A DNA stretch of 63,695 nucleotides, filler included, from Octopus bimaculoides (GCF_001194135.2; 5 parts of 5 records of this genome joined end to end with filler, not necessarily neighbours in it); one strand, 5' to 3'; counted from the first letter of the whole stretch, positions 1 to 12,273 are shown. The notes: a model not told the origin generated them from the sequence alone. A program made the numbers and translations.

Positions 1-92
<92 letters not shown>

Positions 93-105
93 ATGCATAT
101 ATGGG

Positions 106-190
106 TACAGGACGTCACCAACAGTAAACAACATGAAATACGAAAACAAATGAGCTAAATACGCAAATAGCGAGAGAAAAAAATGGGAAA
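106..190 (-). mobile_element. Fragment of a dispersed repeat end, probably Penelope-like pseudo-LTR
   Basis: Reverse complement (...gcgtatttagctcattt...ggtgacgtcctgtac) matches 32300-32365 and resembles 46760-46805. Confidence 0.45.
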
Positions 191-196
191 CAAGAC

Positions 197-615
197 GAGT
201 GGCTGTCTGGTAAGTAGCTTGCTTACCAACCACATGGTTCCGTTTTCAGTCCCACTGCGTGGCACCTTGGGCAAGTGTCTTCTACTATAGCCTCGGGCTG
301 ACCAAAGCCTTGTGAGTGGATTTGGTAGGCGGAAACTGAAAGAAGCCCATCGTATATATGTATATGTATATATATATATGTATATATATATGTGTGTTTT
401 TGTGTCTGTGTTTGTCTCCACAACATCGCTTGACAACCGATGCTGTTGTGTTTACGTCCCTGTAACTTAGCGGTTCCGCAAAAGAAACCGATAGAATAAG
501 TACTAGGCTTACAAACAATAAATCCTGGGGTGGATTTGCTCGACTAGAGGCGGTACTCCAGCATGGCCGCAGTCAAGTGACTGAAACAAGTAAAAGAGTA
601 AAAGAGTAATAGAGT
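197..615 (+). mobile_element. SINE family A (tRNA-derived head, CORE-like box, internal microsatellite), near full length
   Basis: Head gagtggctgtctggtaag...ttcagtccc, CORE-like accttgggcaagtgtctt, internal (TA)n/(TG)n, (AAAGAGT)n tail; more than 20 homologous copies in the window. Confidence 0.9.
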
Positions 616-676
616 ATATACACACATATATATATGTATGAAACGATGTAAACGAGTAAAGAAGTAAAAGAGTATA

Positions 677-905
677 TACTCTTTTACTCTTTTACTCGTT
701 TCAGTCATTTGACTGTGGCCATGCTGAAGCACCGCCTTTTAGTCGAGCAAATCGACCCCAGGACTTATTCTTTGGAAGCCTAGTACTTATTCTATCGGTC
801 TCTTTAGCCGAACCGCTAAGTTACGGGGACGTAAACACACCAGCATCGGTTGTCAAGCGATGTTGGGGGGACAAACAGAAACACACAAACATATAGACAC
901 ACACA
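677..905 (-). mobile_element. SINE family A, 3' half, tail-to-tail with 197-615
   Basis: Reverse complement of the family A 3' half (tactcttttactc...cagtcatttgactgtggccatgctg...). Confidence 0.9.
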
Positions 906-912
906 TACATAC

Positions 913-948
<36 letters not shown>

Positions 949-1243
949 ATCAATGGTTAATTATGCATATATGCATGTCAGAAGCAAAGAATGTTGCCTC
1001 AGTACGAATGAAGCAAGAAATAATTGCCTTTCGACAACTTGTATTACGCGCGCGCGCACACACGTACACATATTTATACATATGTGCGTACATATAAGTA
1101 TTTAGTTTTTCTTTAATAAAAACTAAATGTAATAAGTATATATACTTTGGAGGTTACATAAATATATAGGTACATATAACTAAATGTATGCGCATACAAA
1201 CACACATATATATATACATACATACATATAGATACATCCATCC

Positions 1244-1286
<43 letters not shown>

Positions 1287-1417
1287 TGTATGCATGTGTA
1301 AATGTAAGTATGTATATGTATATACATACACGTGCGTGTGCTTGCGCATGCTCACACACACATGTATATATTTACTTGAAGTATGAAACATAGATGGCTG
1401 TCATAATTTTTATAAAT

Positions 1418-1620
1418 CTTCTATGCCATATATATATATATATATATATATGGCATAGAAGGTTTTTTTCTCCGTGATTTTCTCCTTGTCTCCGTATTCT
1501 TTCTGTTGAAGAGCGTAGCTCGAAACGTCAAAGACTTTCCGTATTCCCGAGCGTCATACTAATACATCCTTTTGTTATTTACACCACCTGTCCTCGTCTG
1601 TTGTTTTTTCGTATATTCTC
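1418..1620 (+). mobile_element. Probable Penelope-like terminal repeat with hammerhead-like motif
   Basis: 44-bp perfect palindrome cttctatgcca(ta)11tggcatagaag, then a hammerhead-like fold at 1498-1534. Confidence 0.45.
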
Positions 1621-1815
1621 CCACATATATATATACCTATATATACAGATATATATTTACATATTTATATATTTACATGCGTGTATGTTTATATATACAT
1701 ATGTACATATACTTAAGTAAATATGTATTTATATTTTTGTTTTTAAATATCGCATACATAATCGTATATGCGTGAGTATATATACACATATACATTTAAT
1801 CGATTTGCAAATGTA

Positions 1816-1877
<62 letters not shown>

Positions 1878-1889
1878 ATATGCCTTTGA

Positions 1890-1927
<38 letters not shown>

Positions 1928-3137
1928 TATATTTATATATATATCATATAAATATACATGAACATACATATTCATAGGGGTTCACGCACACTTACGCGCG
2001 CGCGCACAGATATTTATTATGAGAGCGTGCATGCACTTGTGTAAGACACACACACATACTGCACTTATACACATACACACACGAACAATCGTATCTATTG
2101 GAATGCAGTTTCACTATTACCATGTCATATTGATCTAGATATCATTTTACAAACACACACACACCCATCATACACATCATTCCCACAACCACACACGCAC
2201 ACACACATGCATGCACATACAGTCACTCACACCTACATTATTAACCGTGATATGAAAAGAGTGATGTTCATGTTTGCACTTGTCTATTGACAGAAAAGTA
2301 TTTTTCATTGTAATTTCATATAAACATTTCAAACCTGAACAAAATGTCCCTGAGAATACGGAACAATATATCCTTGAGAATCCGGAACAAAATCTCACAC
2401 ATAATCGTTATGTATTATAATTGTATATTTTCCTGTTTCTGTATTTCTGGGTATTTGTGTGAGTTTGTAACTACATTCTCACTACGTTTGCTAATTTAGC
2501 ACATAAAATTCTAGAATGTCTCATAATTTTCTTCGAAGCCTTCGAAACTGCGTACTTTCATAAGTTACTTTCATTATATTGACAGATAGGCGTTTTGGCT
2601 TTCACAATGGAGAAGTTAATTATTTAATGGAATACGATCTTGAGGAATGTGCATTGATCACGTAATTCCTATAATATAACATTCCTACTCACACACACAT
2701 ACACATATATACACACACATACATACACATACATACACACATAACATCGTGCGCACACACACATACATGCACACACATATAAGTACACTTACGAAAATCT
2801 GTAAGCACGCATACAGACACACATACATACACACGCAAACAAACATACATTCACATAAAGGAAGAAAGGGAGAGGGGAACAGAGAGGGGGCGGGGGGCGA
2901 AGTACAGGGAGTGGTTATTTCATTTATGTATTCATATATTTATTTACATAGAAATGAAAAAAATTGACTTTTATGATAAACCAATAAACCGAATAAATTT
3001 ATCTATTCAATATATACGTACATTCATACATACAGGTATGTACACATACAACCCTGCCTTCTAGCGTGTATGTGTGGGTATATATATATGTATATGTATA
3101 TGCTTATATGAGTGTATATATATATATATTGCTTCCT

Positions 3138-3340
3138 TTATTCTTCTCTTTGTTTCAGTCATTTGATTGGAGCCATGCTGGAGCACTGCCTTTAGTCGAA
3201 GAAATCGACCCCAGGACTTATTCTTAGTAAGCCTAGTACTTATTCTATAGGTCTCTTTTGCCGAAGCACTCAGTTACGGGGACGTAAACATACCAGCATC
3301 GGTTGTCAGGCAATGGTGGTGTGTTTACATCCCCGTAACT
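3138..3340 (-). mobile_element. SINE family A, 3' half
   Basis: Homology to other family A copies. Confidence 0.85.
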
Positions 3341-4162
3341 TAAATATATATGTATATACACACACACACACATATATATATATACATATATACATATATA
3401 TACATATATACATACATACATATATATATACATATATATACATGTATATATATGTATACATATGTATATAGATATGCATATGTACTTATATATATATATA
3501 TAAGTACATATATATATACATACATATACATATATATATATTTATATATATATATATATATATNNNNNNNNNNNNNNNNNNNNNNNNNNNNNNNNNNNNN
3601 NNNNNNNNNNNNNNNNNNNNNNNNNNNNNNNNNNNNNNNNNNNNNNNNNNNNNNNNNNNNNNNNNNNNNNNNNNNNNNNNNNNNNNNNNNNNNNNNNNNN
3701 NNNNNNNNNNNNNNNNNNNNNNNNNNNNNNNNNNNNNNNNNNNNNNNNNNNNNNNNNNNNNNNNNNNNNNNNNNNNNNNNNNNNNNNNNNNNNNNNNNNN
3801 NNNNNNNNNNNNNNNNNNNNNNNNNNNNNNNNNNNNNNNNNNNNNNNNNNNNNNNNNNNNNNNNNNNNNNNNNNNNNNNNNNNNNNNNNNNNNNNNNNNN
3901 NNNNNNNNNNNNNNNNNNNNNNNNNNNNNNNNNNNNNNNNNNNNNNNNNNNNNNNNNNNNNNNNNNNNNNNNNNNNNNNNNNNNNNNNNNNNNNNNNNNN
4001 NNNNNNNNNNNNNNNNNNNNNNNNNNNNNNNNNNNNNNNNNNNNNNNNNNNNNNNNNNNNNNNNNNNNNNNNNNNNNNNNNNNNNNNNNNNNNNNNNNNN
4101 NNNNNNNNNNNNNNNNNNNNNNNNNNNNNNNNNNNNNNNNNNNNNNNNNNNNNNNNNNNNNN

Positions 4163-4199
<37 letters not shown>

Positions 4200-4204
4200 G
4201 TATC

Positions 4205-4660
4205 TCTGTGTGTGAGTGTCGTTGTGTCTGTGTTTGTCGCCCCACACATACACCGCATGACAAATAGAGGTGGTATGTTTGCGTCCTCGTACCCTAGCGG
4301 ATCTTGAAAACAGACCGATAGAATAAGTACCAGGCTTAAAAATGTAAGTATTGGGGTCGATTCATTCGACTAAAAATGCAACTTGTTGCCCCAGCATGGA
4401 CGCAGGCTTATGACTGAGACAAGTAAAAGATACAGGTTAAAAGATATGTATATACTCTCTCTTTTACTCTTTTACTTGTTTCAGTCATTTGACTGCGGCC
4501 ATGCTGGAGCACCGCCTTTAGTCGAAGAAATCGACCCCATGACTTATTCTTTGTAAGCCTAGATACTTATTCTATCGGTTTCTTTTGCCGAAACACTAAG
4601 TTACGGGGACGTAAACACACCGCATCGGTTGTCAGGCGATGTGGGGACACACACACACAC
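4205..4660. mobile_element. Two SINE family A 3' halves, tail-to-tail (4205-4445 +, 4455-4660 -)
   Basis: Homology to family A on opposite strands. Confidence 0.85.
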
Positions 4661-5347
4661 ACACACACANNNNNNNNNNNNNNNNNNNNNNNNNNNNNNN
4701 NNNNNNNNNNNNNNNNNNNNNNNNNNNNNNNNNNNNNNNNNNNNNNNNNNNNNNNNNNNNNNNNNNNNNNNNNNNNNNNNNNNNNNNNNNNNNNNNNNNN
4801 NNNNNNNNNNNNNNNNNNNNNNNNNNNNNNNNNNNNNNNNNNNNNNNNNNNNNNNNNNNNNNNNNNNNNNNNNNNNNNNNNNNNNNNNNNNNNNNNNNNN
4901 NNNNNNNNNNNNNNNNNNNNNNNNNNNNNNNNNNNNNNNNNNNNNNNNNNNNNNNNNNNNNNNNNNNNNNNNNNNNNNNNNNNNNNNNNNNNNNNNNNNN
5001 NNNNNNNNNNNNNNNNNNNNNNNNNNNNNNNNNNNNNNNNNNNNNNNNNNNNNNNNNNNNNNNNNNNNNNNNNNNNNNNNNNNNNNNNNNNNNNNNNNNN
5101 NNNNNNNNNNNNNNNNNNNNNNNNNNNNNNNNNNNNNNNNNNNNNNNNNNNNNNNNNNNNNNNNNNNNNNNNNNNNNNNNNNNNNNNNNNNNNNNNNNNN
5201 NNNNNNNNNNNNNNNNNNNNNNNNNNNNNNNNNNNNNNNNNNNNNNNNNNNNNNNNNNNNNNNNNNNNNNNNNNNNNNNNNNNNNNNNNNNNNNNNNNNN
5301 NNNNNNNNNNNNNNNNNNNNNNNNNNNNNNNNNNNNNNNNNNNNNNN

Positions 5348-5388
<41 letters not shown>

Positions 5389-5545
5389 TATATACACACA
5401 CACATGCATATGTGTGTATTTATATAACGGATTCCTGCCTCCCAGAGGTGAAGTGTTATATTTGTCGAGACGTCTACGGGCTATATGAATGCGAAACCAT
5501 TGGTCACTCTATGACCCCGACATAGACTTCAATATGTATATATGC

Positions 5546-5583
<38 letters not shown>

Positions 5584-5689
5584 AAATATATATGTATGTA
5601 TACATATATATATAAACAGAAAAATGTCTATTATGAAAATTTATTACATAATGTTCATTTCAGGAAGTTACTGTACATTGATAATATTT

Positions 5690-6140
5690 CGTGTGGATTC
5701 TCTTGAATAATTGCCTCAATGTGCTTGTGAAGAGATCCGTACAAATCCTTCACCATCTGAGATGCCTTTCTCAGTGGCTTAGCTCTCACAACTCTTAAAG
5801 ATTGCGTGGATACCTCTGACGAACACTTCTCTTTAGTTCTGTCCACATTTGTTCGATGATATTTTAGTCAGGGCTCTGAACTGGCCAATCTTTCAATACG
5901 GTAACACCTTCATCAGCCAGACTCTGTTGCGTTGCACGCGATCTGTGGTATCGAGCCCCGTCATGCTGTAAAATCTCGCCTTCATCCAAGGCTGGTATCA
6001 AATTAACTCTTCAGCAACTGAATGTATTTGGGATTATTCTAGTTACCATCAATTTTAACCAACTTTCTTGAACCATCACTTTTTATGTATCTCCAAGGCA
6101 TCAAATTCTTACTTGCAAACTTCGCCGTTTTCAATACAGT
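5690..6140 (-). mobile_element. Decayed Tc1-like transposase, catalytic and C-terminal region, D35E spacing
   Basis: Manual minus-strand translation KTAKFASKNLMPWRYIKSDGSRKLVKIDGN*NNPKYIQLLKS*LIPALDEGEILQHDGARYHRSRATQQSLADEGVTVLKDWPVQSPD*NIIEQMWTELKRSV, then MVKDLYGSLHKHIEAII; matches Tc1 QDNAPxH, WPxQSPDLNPIENxW and LxxSMPxRxxAVI motifs. Confidence 0.85.
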
Positions 6141-6843
6141 TTGTTAATCTACAAATGATATTTATTACCATACAAATGTTCTTGTAATAAGGTACATTTT
6201 AATATTAAACTGAAGAATTTACACCGCACTACTTTTACTCAGAATCTACTTATTGTACCTTTACAAGAATAGGTTTGAAGAAGAATGTGAAATCCGACGA
6301 AATATCATTTGTAGATTAACAAACATTACTACGGCATATATATANNNNNNNNNNNNNNNNNNNNNNNNNNNNNNNNNNNNNNNNNNNNNNNNNNNNNNNN
6401 NNNNNNNNNNNNNNNNNNNNNNNNNNNNNNNNNNNNNNNNNNNNNNNNNNNNNNNNNNNNNNNNNNNNNNNNNNNNNNNNNNNNNNNNNNNNNNNNNNNN
6501 NNNNNNNNNNNNNNNNNNNNNNNNNNNNNNNNNNNNNNNNNNNNNNNNNNNNNNNNNNNNNNNNNNNNNNNNNNNNNNNNNNNNNNNNNNNNNNNNNNNN
6601 NNNNNNNNNNNNNNNNNNNNNNNNNNNNNNNNNNNNNNNNNNNNNNNNNNNNNNNNNNNNNNNNNNNNNNNNNNNNNNNNNNNNNNNNNNNNNNNNNNNN
6701 NNNNNNNNNNNNNNNNNNNNNNNNNNNNNNNNNNNNNNNNNNNNNNNNNNNNNNNNNNNNNNNNNNNNNNNNNNNNNNGGCCTACCAAAGCCTTGTGAGG
6801 GGATTTGGTAGACGGAAACTGAAAGAAGCCCGTCGTATATATG

Positions 6844-6876
<33 letters not shown>

Positions 6877-6885
6877 ATGTTTGTA

Positions 6886-6928
<43 letters not shown>

Positions 6929-7554
6929 GTGTGAGTGTGTGTGTGTGTGGGTGTGTGTGGGTGCGTGCGCGTGCGCGTGTGTATGTATATTTGTTCGTTT
7001 GCAAACTATTGCTACCACGAAAACTGCTACAATGCTGAGTCGGTCCTACAAATCTATTGCGCAGCTCTCAGCTAAATTTTATCTATGACGAAATTGTTGA
7101 ACGTCAAAGGTTACAGGGTATGTAAGTGGATAGCAAGCATGTCCAGCCATGTTTTACATAGTCACCCATAGACAACTAATCAACACCCACATACATATGC
7201 TCTCATTCACATGCCAGTCATGTATGCGTCAGTGTGTTTGTGTGTTTGTGTGGGTGTGTGTGTGTATGTGTGAGTATAACGTATATACATACATATACAT
7301 ACATACATACATATATATATATATATGAAGCATAATTTAATTTTAATTTTTAATAAATTGATTTTAATTGAGTTTTTACCTGTAATTTTGGATTTATCCC
7401 TAATATTATATATATAATCATACAGAGAATGAGAGAGAGCGAGAGCGAAAGAGAGAAAGACAGGGAGAGACTTATATGTATAAGTTTGTATGTCTATAAA
7501 TATAATCATACACGTATGTATAATATATATACTTATACAGAAACACACCCTCAC

Positions 7555-7600
<46 letters not shown>

Positions 7601-7602
7601 AC

Positions 7603-7642
<40 letters not shown>

Positions 7643-8834
7643 NNNNNNNNNNNNNNNNNNNNNNNNNNNNNNNNNNNNNNNNNNNNNNNNNNNNNNNNNN
7701 NNNNNNNNNNNNNNNNNNNNNNNNNNNNNNNNNNNNNNNNNNNNNNNNNNNNNNNNNNNNNNNNNNNNNNNNNNNNNNNNNNNNNNNNNNNNNNNNNNNN
7801 NNNNNNNNNNNNNNNNNNNNNNNNNNNNNNNNNNNNNNNNNNNNNNNNNNNNNNNNNNNNNNNNNNNNNNNNNNNNNNNNNNNNNNNNNNNNNNNNNNNN
7901 NNNNNNNNNNNNNNNNNNNNNNNNNNNNNNNNNNNNNNNNNNNNNNNNNNNNNNNNNNNNNNNNNNNNNNNNNNNNNNNNNNNNNNNNNNNNNNNNNNNN
8001 NNNNNNNNNNNNNNNNNNNNNNNNNNNNNNNNNNNNNNNNNNNNNNNNNNNNNNNNNNNNNNNNNNNNNNNNNNNNNNNNNNNNNNNNNNNNNNNNNNNN
8101 NNNNNNNNNNNNNNNNNNNNNNNNNNNNNNNNNNNNNNNNNNNNNNNNNNNNNNNNNNNNNNNNNNNNNNNNNNNNNNNNNNNNNNNNNNNNNNNNNNNN
8201 NNNNNNNNNNNNNNNNNNNNNNNNNNNNNNNNNNNNNNNNNNNNNNNNNNNNNNNNNNNNNNNNNNNNNNNNNNNNNNNNNNNNNNNNNNNNNNNNNNNN
8301 NNNNNNNNNNNNNNNNNNNNNNNNNNNNNNNNNNNNNNNNNNNNNNNNNNNNNNNNNNNNNNNNNNNNNNNNNNNNNNNNNNNNNNNNNNNNNNNNNNNN
8401 NNNNNNNNNNNNNNNNNNNNNNNNNNNNNNNNNNNNNNNNNNNNNNNNNNNNNNNNNNNNNNNNNNNNNNNNNNNNNNNNNNNNNNNNNNNNNNNNCTGT
8501 TATGTTCCTGCCTTTAGGCTTTCACTTCATACATGCCAGCTCAATTTGATTCGTTCTCAGTCGAAAGACACCAGTTGTTATTTCGTGTTGTTTGTATGCG
8601 TAATTGTGTACCATGTTCTCCGTTTTGTTTTTGTTTTTTTGTCTTTGTAGCTGTAAACATTCGCTAGCTTTCTTACAAAGGGGTCTAATGCTCTTAGCTG
8701 AGACATTTTCTGGGTGGGGGAGCCAACCAGATCGAAACATCTTTAGTCTCCTCTTTAATGGATTCTCGCCAAAATTTTCGCCAGTAGATTCTCGCCAGTA
8801 GATTCTCGCCAAAAAAAAAAAACAAAAAAAAACT

Positions 8835-9065
8835 GTGAAGTTCCTTCCCGAGTCATATTGACTTATAGAATCAGCTTTCCGGTTTCCATGACATATATAT
8901 TCTCCAACCGCACGGGTCGCCGGTTTGCTGCAGGATTACACATTTTTGCCAACTGAGTGGACTAGAGCAACGTTCAAGAACACAATGCATCGCCCGGTCT
9001 AGGAATCGAAACCACAATCTTACAGTCAAGAATCTAACACCCTAACTACTAAGCCGCGGGCCTCC
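8835..9065 (-). mobile_element. Degenerate tRNA/CORE-type SINE
   Basis: Reverse-strand tRNA-like head (ggaatcgaaacc...ccctaactactaagcc), related to family C heads. Confidence 0.55.
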
Positions 9066-9169
9066 ACTATTGTCGCAGTAAATTCAGGTAAATAGGCCAG
9101 TTAGAGTACAGTCAAGAACGAATGGTCATATCAATACTTTTGATGATAAGCCACAACATAACATTACTT

Positions 9170-9535
9170 ACACATTTTCCCATGTGCCACATGCAAAATT
9201 CCACTCTTCGGTCCGCACCATCTTCATTGACTGCGCCCCAAAATGCGATGGATACTTGGTTTTGAAATTTCTGTCCCACGGTTCGTTTCTACTGGCGTTT
9301 TTCTTTGTTGTTTTTTTTAAAACTCTGGCAGTACTTTTCTAGTACTCTTTCTTGCTTTCTGGGGCTTATCGATGTCCGCGACATTCCGGAACGTTTCTTG
9401 TCAACAACGCTTCATCTGCTTCAAATTTATCTCTAAATTCGATTGAGGGTAAGTTATGTAGGTGGATCTGTTTGAAACTCCCTCCCAAACTGTCTTTGCA
9501 CTTCGATCGTGTTTTCAAAGTTCTAGTTGCATTTT
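9170..9535 (-). mobile_element. Decayed Tc1/mariner-superfamily transposase, N-terminal HTH (DUF4817-like)
   Basis: Manual translation with frameshifts NFENTIEVQRQFGREFQTDPPT*LTLNRI/RDKFEAD...SPRKQERVLE...NEDGADRRVEFCMW. Confidence 0.65.
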
Positions 9536-9586
9536 ACGATATTTTTTTGTTTAAAGCTTAATCAAGTGTCCTTTATTATTTCTAAA

Positions 9587-9794
9587 TGGGGCGAGCTGGC
9601 AGAATCGTTAGCTCCCCGGGAAAATACTTAGCAGTATTTCGTCCATCTTTTACGTTTTGAGTTCAAATTCTGCCAAGGTCGACTTATCCTTTCAGGGTCG
9701 ATAAATCAAGTATCTGTGAAACACTGGGGTCGATTTAATCGACTAGTCCCCACCCCAAAACTTCAGGCTTTGTGCCTTTAGTAGAAAGGATTAT
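9587..9794 (+). mobile_element. SINE family B (tRNA head plus Nin/Deu-like central domain)
   Basis: gcgagctggcagaatcgttag...gagttcaaatt head and the cctttc...ggtcgataaa..aagta central motif; many copies in window. Confidence 0.8.
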
Positions 9795-10463
9795 GTCAAA
9801 TGGGTTAAATGTAAAAGAAACTAAAACTAAGCGAGTTATCAGCTGTTAATGTATGTATACATTTTTCGAGACACGACACATACCAGGAAGCTATATGTGA
9901 TTGGAAGTATAAAGTTGTATAGTTGCAATTTATAACTTGTATATAGCTAAGGTATTTCGTTTGTGTATTCTCAATACTAATGCGTCTTTCCAATGAAATA
10001 TGGGCGTATTTGAAATTATGTGACATATTTTGGGTGATACTCTTCTAATAACCTTTGAAATATCCGCTTTCATTTTCAGCATGTTTTCCTTTTCTGTCAC
10101 TCGGTCTTTCTCGCTTTGTATACTCATGTACCGAACGTCACACATATACATATACATCTATGCACAACATACGTATACACATATACACGCACGTACACAC
10201 ACTTACACACACGTACCCCCCCCCCACACTTATGGATTGTGCGCACAAGCATACACTGATATCTGAGTGTCAGCACGTATTCACAGATATATGTATGACA
10301 TATTTAAACTCGGATTTCTCTAAATACTTTCATTATTATTATTAATAAGGTTTGTTTAAGGATGTTGAGCAAAACACCCATGTTTCCATAGGTGAATTAT
10401 TCAAACCCCAAAGAACTCCTCTCAACACATAGCTATGATGCTCCCCCTATTATTTATTATTAC

Positions 10464-10505
<42 letters not shown>

Positions 10506-10527
10506 GATTGTTATTATTACCACTACT

Positions 10528-10852
10528 ACTACTACGTTCTGAGTTCAAATTGTACCGAGGTTGTCTTTCCCTTTCATCCTTTTCGGGGTCGAAAAAATAA
10601 GTACCAGTTGAGCACAGGGGTCGATGTAATCGACTCCATCCCACCTCTCCCAAGCTGCCCTCGTGGCAAAAATTTGAAATCATAATTATTATCATAACTA
10701 CGTTCTGAGTTCAAATTACGCCGAGGTCGACTTTTCCTTTCATCCTTTCGGGGTCGATAAATTAAATACCAGCTACCAACTGGATTCGATGTAATCGACT
10801 TAATCCCTTCCTCCAAATTTGAGGCCTTGTGTACTTCCAGTAGAAAGGATTA
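10528..10852 (+). mobile_element. Two tandem 5'-truncated family B SINEs (10528-10682, 10697-10852) inside (TAT)n arrays
   Basis: Both start at actacgttctgagttcaaatt and contain gcctttcatcctttcggggtcga-like sequence. Confidence 0.85.
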
Positions 10853-10878
10853 TTATTATTATCATTATTATTATTATT

Positions 10879-11177
10879 GTTCAGTAGTTTTATTTTTATA
10901 ACGTGCTTTCACTTCACTACCGAGCGCAGCTCTGTGTGCCTTCGGTATGTGCTGTGGTTTGCTGCGATGCTCTTATGGTTACTGTATTGAAAGTGTTTTG
11001 CGTAGGATGTGTGCAGTGCCCAGTAGTGCTATTTTCTGTATGTTATATATATTTGTAAGTCCTGGTGTTTTTGTTATGTATTTGTCTGAATATTTTTTTA
11101 TTATACCTAAAGCACCTACTATGATAGGAATTGGTTCTGTTTTTAGATTCCACATTCGAGTTACCTCTATTTCCAGT
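10879..11177 (-). mobile_element. 5'-truncated RLE non-LTR retrotransposon (R4/Dong-like), C-terminus plus 3' UTR, (TAA)n on both sides
   Basis: ORF 10979-11185 LEIEVTRMWNLKTEPIPIIVGALG...IQKIALLGTAHILRKTLSIQ*; homologous to 38918-39024. Confidence 0.85.
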
Positions 11178-11572
11178 ATTATCATTATTATTATTGTTAT
11201 TATTATTACTATGTTGTTGTTGCTGTTTTTGTTGTTGTTCTCTATTGAATATCATTTTCACAAAATCTGATATCGTTGTTCAGAAAACCCGTGGCTTTTT
11301 TAGCAACGTCTCGAACGTGTATCTGTAGGGGTTAGCAGTTCAACACACACACACACACACACATACATGGAGACACATACACATTTTATATTTTGTTAAG
11401 AACGTTGTATAGTACGATAGAAAGCTCGTCTGCCTTCAGATTTCACCCTGTACTACCCAGTAGTAGTATTATACGTACTTCCAGGTTTGCGTTTGGGCAC
11501 CTGTCCTTTGTGAATACATTGCTGGAGAAACTGAAGAAAATTGGAATCTACAAGGAGTACGGCTGGACAATC

Positions 11573-11896
11573 ATTTTCAATCATTACAATTGTTTCTACG
11601 CAACGTAGTTCTCCAAGCGTGCAGGTACTTGATTATGCAACCGTTTCCCTGCATTCCTCAACGGATCTTCAGTCACCAAAATTCTTTAGATAAACTCAGT
11701 GGCAACTACTCACTCTAGGCCATGACAGACAGAGAGGATGCTCTTGAAGCCGAGCATTTGAATTGACGAAGACAATATTTACATATCACCTGAGGGAACA
11801 CAAGCAGATCTCATAATGTAGGGAAACGGTTGCATTATCAAGTACTTGCACGCCTGGGAACTACGTTGCATAGAAACAATTGTAGTGATTGAAAAT
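11573..11896. repeat. Long imperfect inverted repeat (arms 11573-11654 and 11816-11896), MITE-like fold-back
   Basis: About 82-bp arms, roughly 90% reverse-complement identity by eye, about 160-bp spacer. Confidence 0.85.
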
Positions 11897-11937
11897 AAAT
11901 GTTCGACCGCACTCCTTCATGTTGACTCAAAACTTTT

Positions 11938-12009
11938 TCAATTGTGGTCTAGTGGTTAGGATTCCTGGCTTTCACCCAGGCGGCCCCGGTTCGATTCCCG
12001 GCATGGGAA
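11938..12009 (+). tRNA. trnE: tRNA-Glu(TTC), probably a pseudogene
   Basis: 72 nt; A box tggtctagtgg, perfect anticodon arm cctgg-ct-TTC-ac-ccagg, B box ggttcgattcc; acceptor 5' strand tcaattg has 3 mismatches against catggga, one C-C mismatch in T stem; tttatttt follows. Confidence 0.8.
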
Positions 12010-12022
12010 CGTTTATTTTATA

Positions 12023-12273
12023 GGCGTAGGAGTGGCTGTGTGGTAAGTAGCTTGCTTACCAACCACATGGTCCCGGGTTCAGTCCCACTGCGTGGCATCT
12101 TGGGCAAGTGTCTTCTACTATAGCCTCGAGCCGACCAAAGCCTTGGGAGTGGATTTGGTAGACGGAAACTGAAAGAAGCCTGTCGTATATATATATGTAT
12201 ATATATATGTATATATATATGTATGTGTGTCTGTGTTTGTATGTCTGTGTTTGTCCCCCCAACATCGCTTGAC
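12023..12273 (+). mobile_element. SINE family A, 5' half, runs into gap
   Basis: Complete head ggcgtaggagtggctgtgtggtaagtagc; starts 13 bp after the tRNA-Glu. Confidence 0.9.

Noticed and set aside
5655-5846. ORF MDRTKEKC...HKHIEAII as a host exon
   Set aside because: It is the frameshifted C-terminal part of the Tc1 remnant
3340-8650. Long ORFs of 200-390 aa in the ORF track (also 13, 16, 18, 25, 26, 28, 33, 41 kb)
   Set aside because: They are N-gap read-through plus YI/HT/CV/MYVC microsatellite translations
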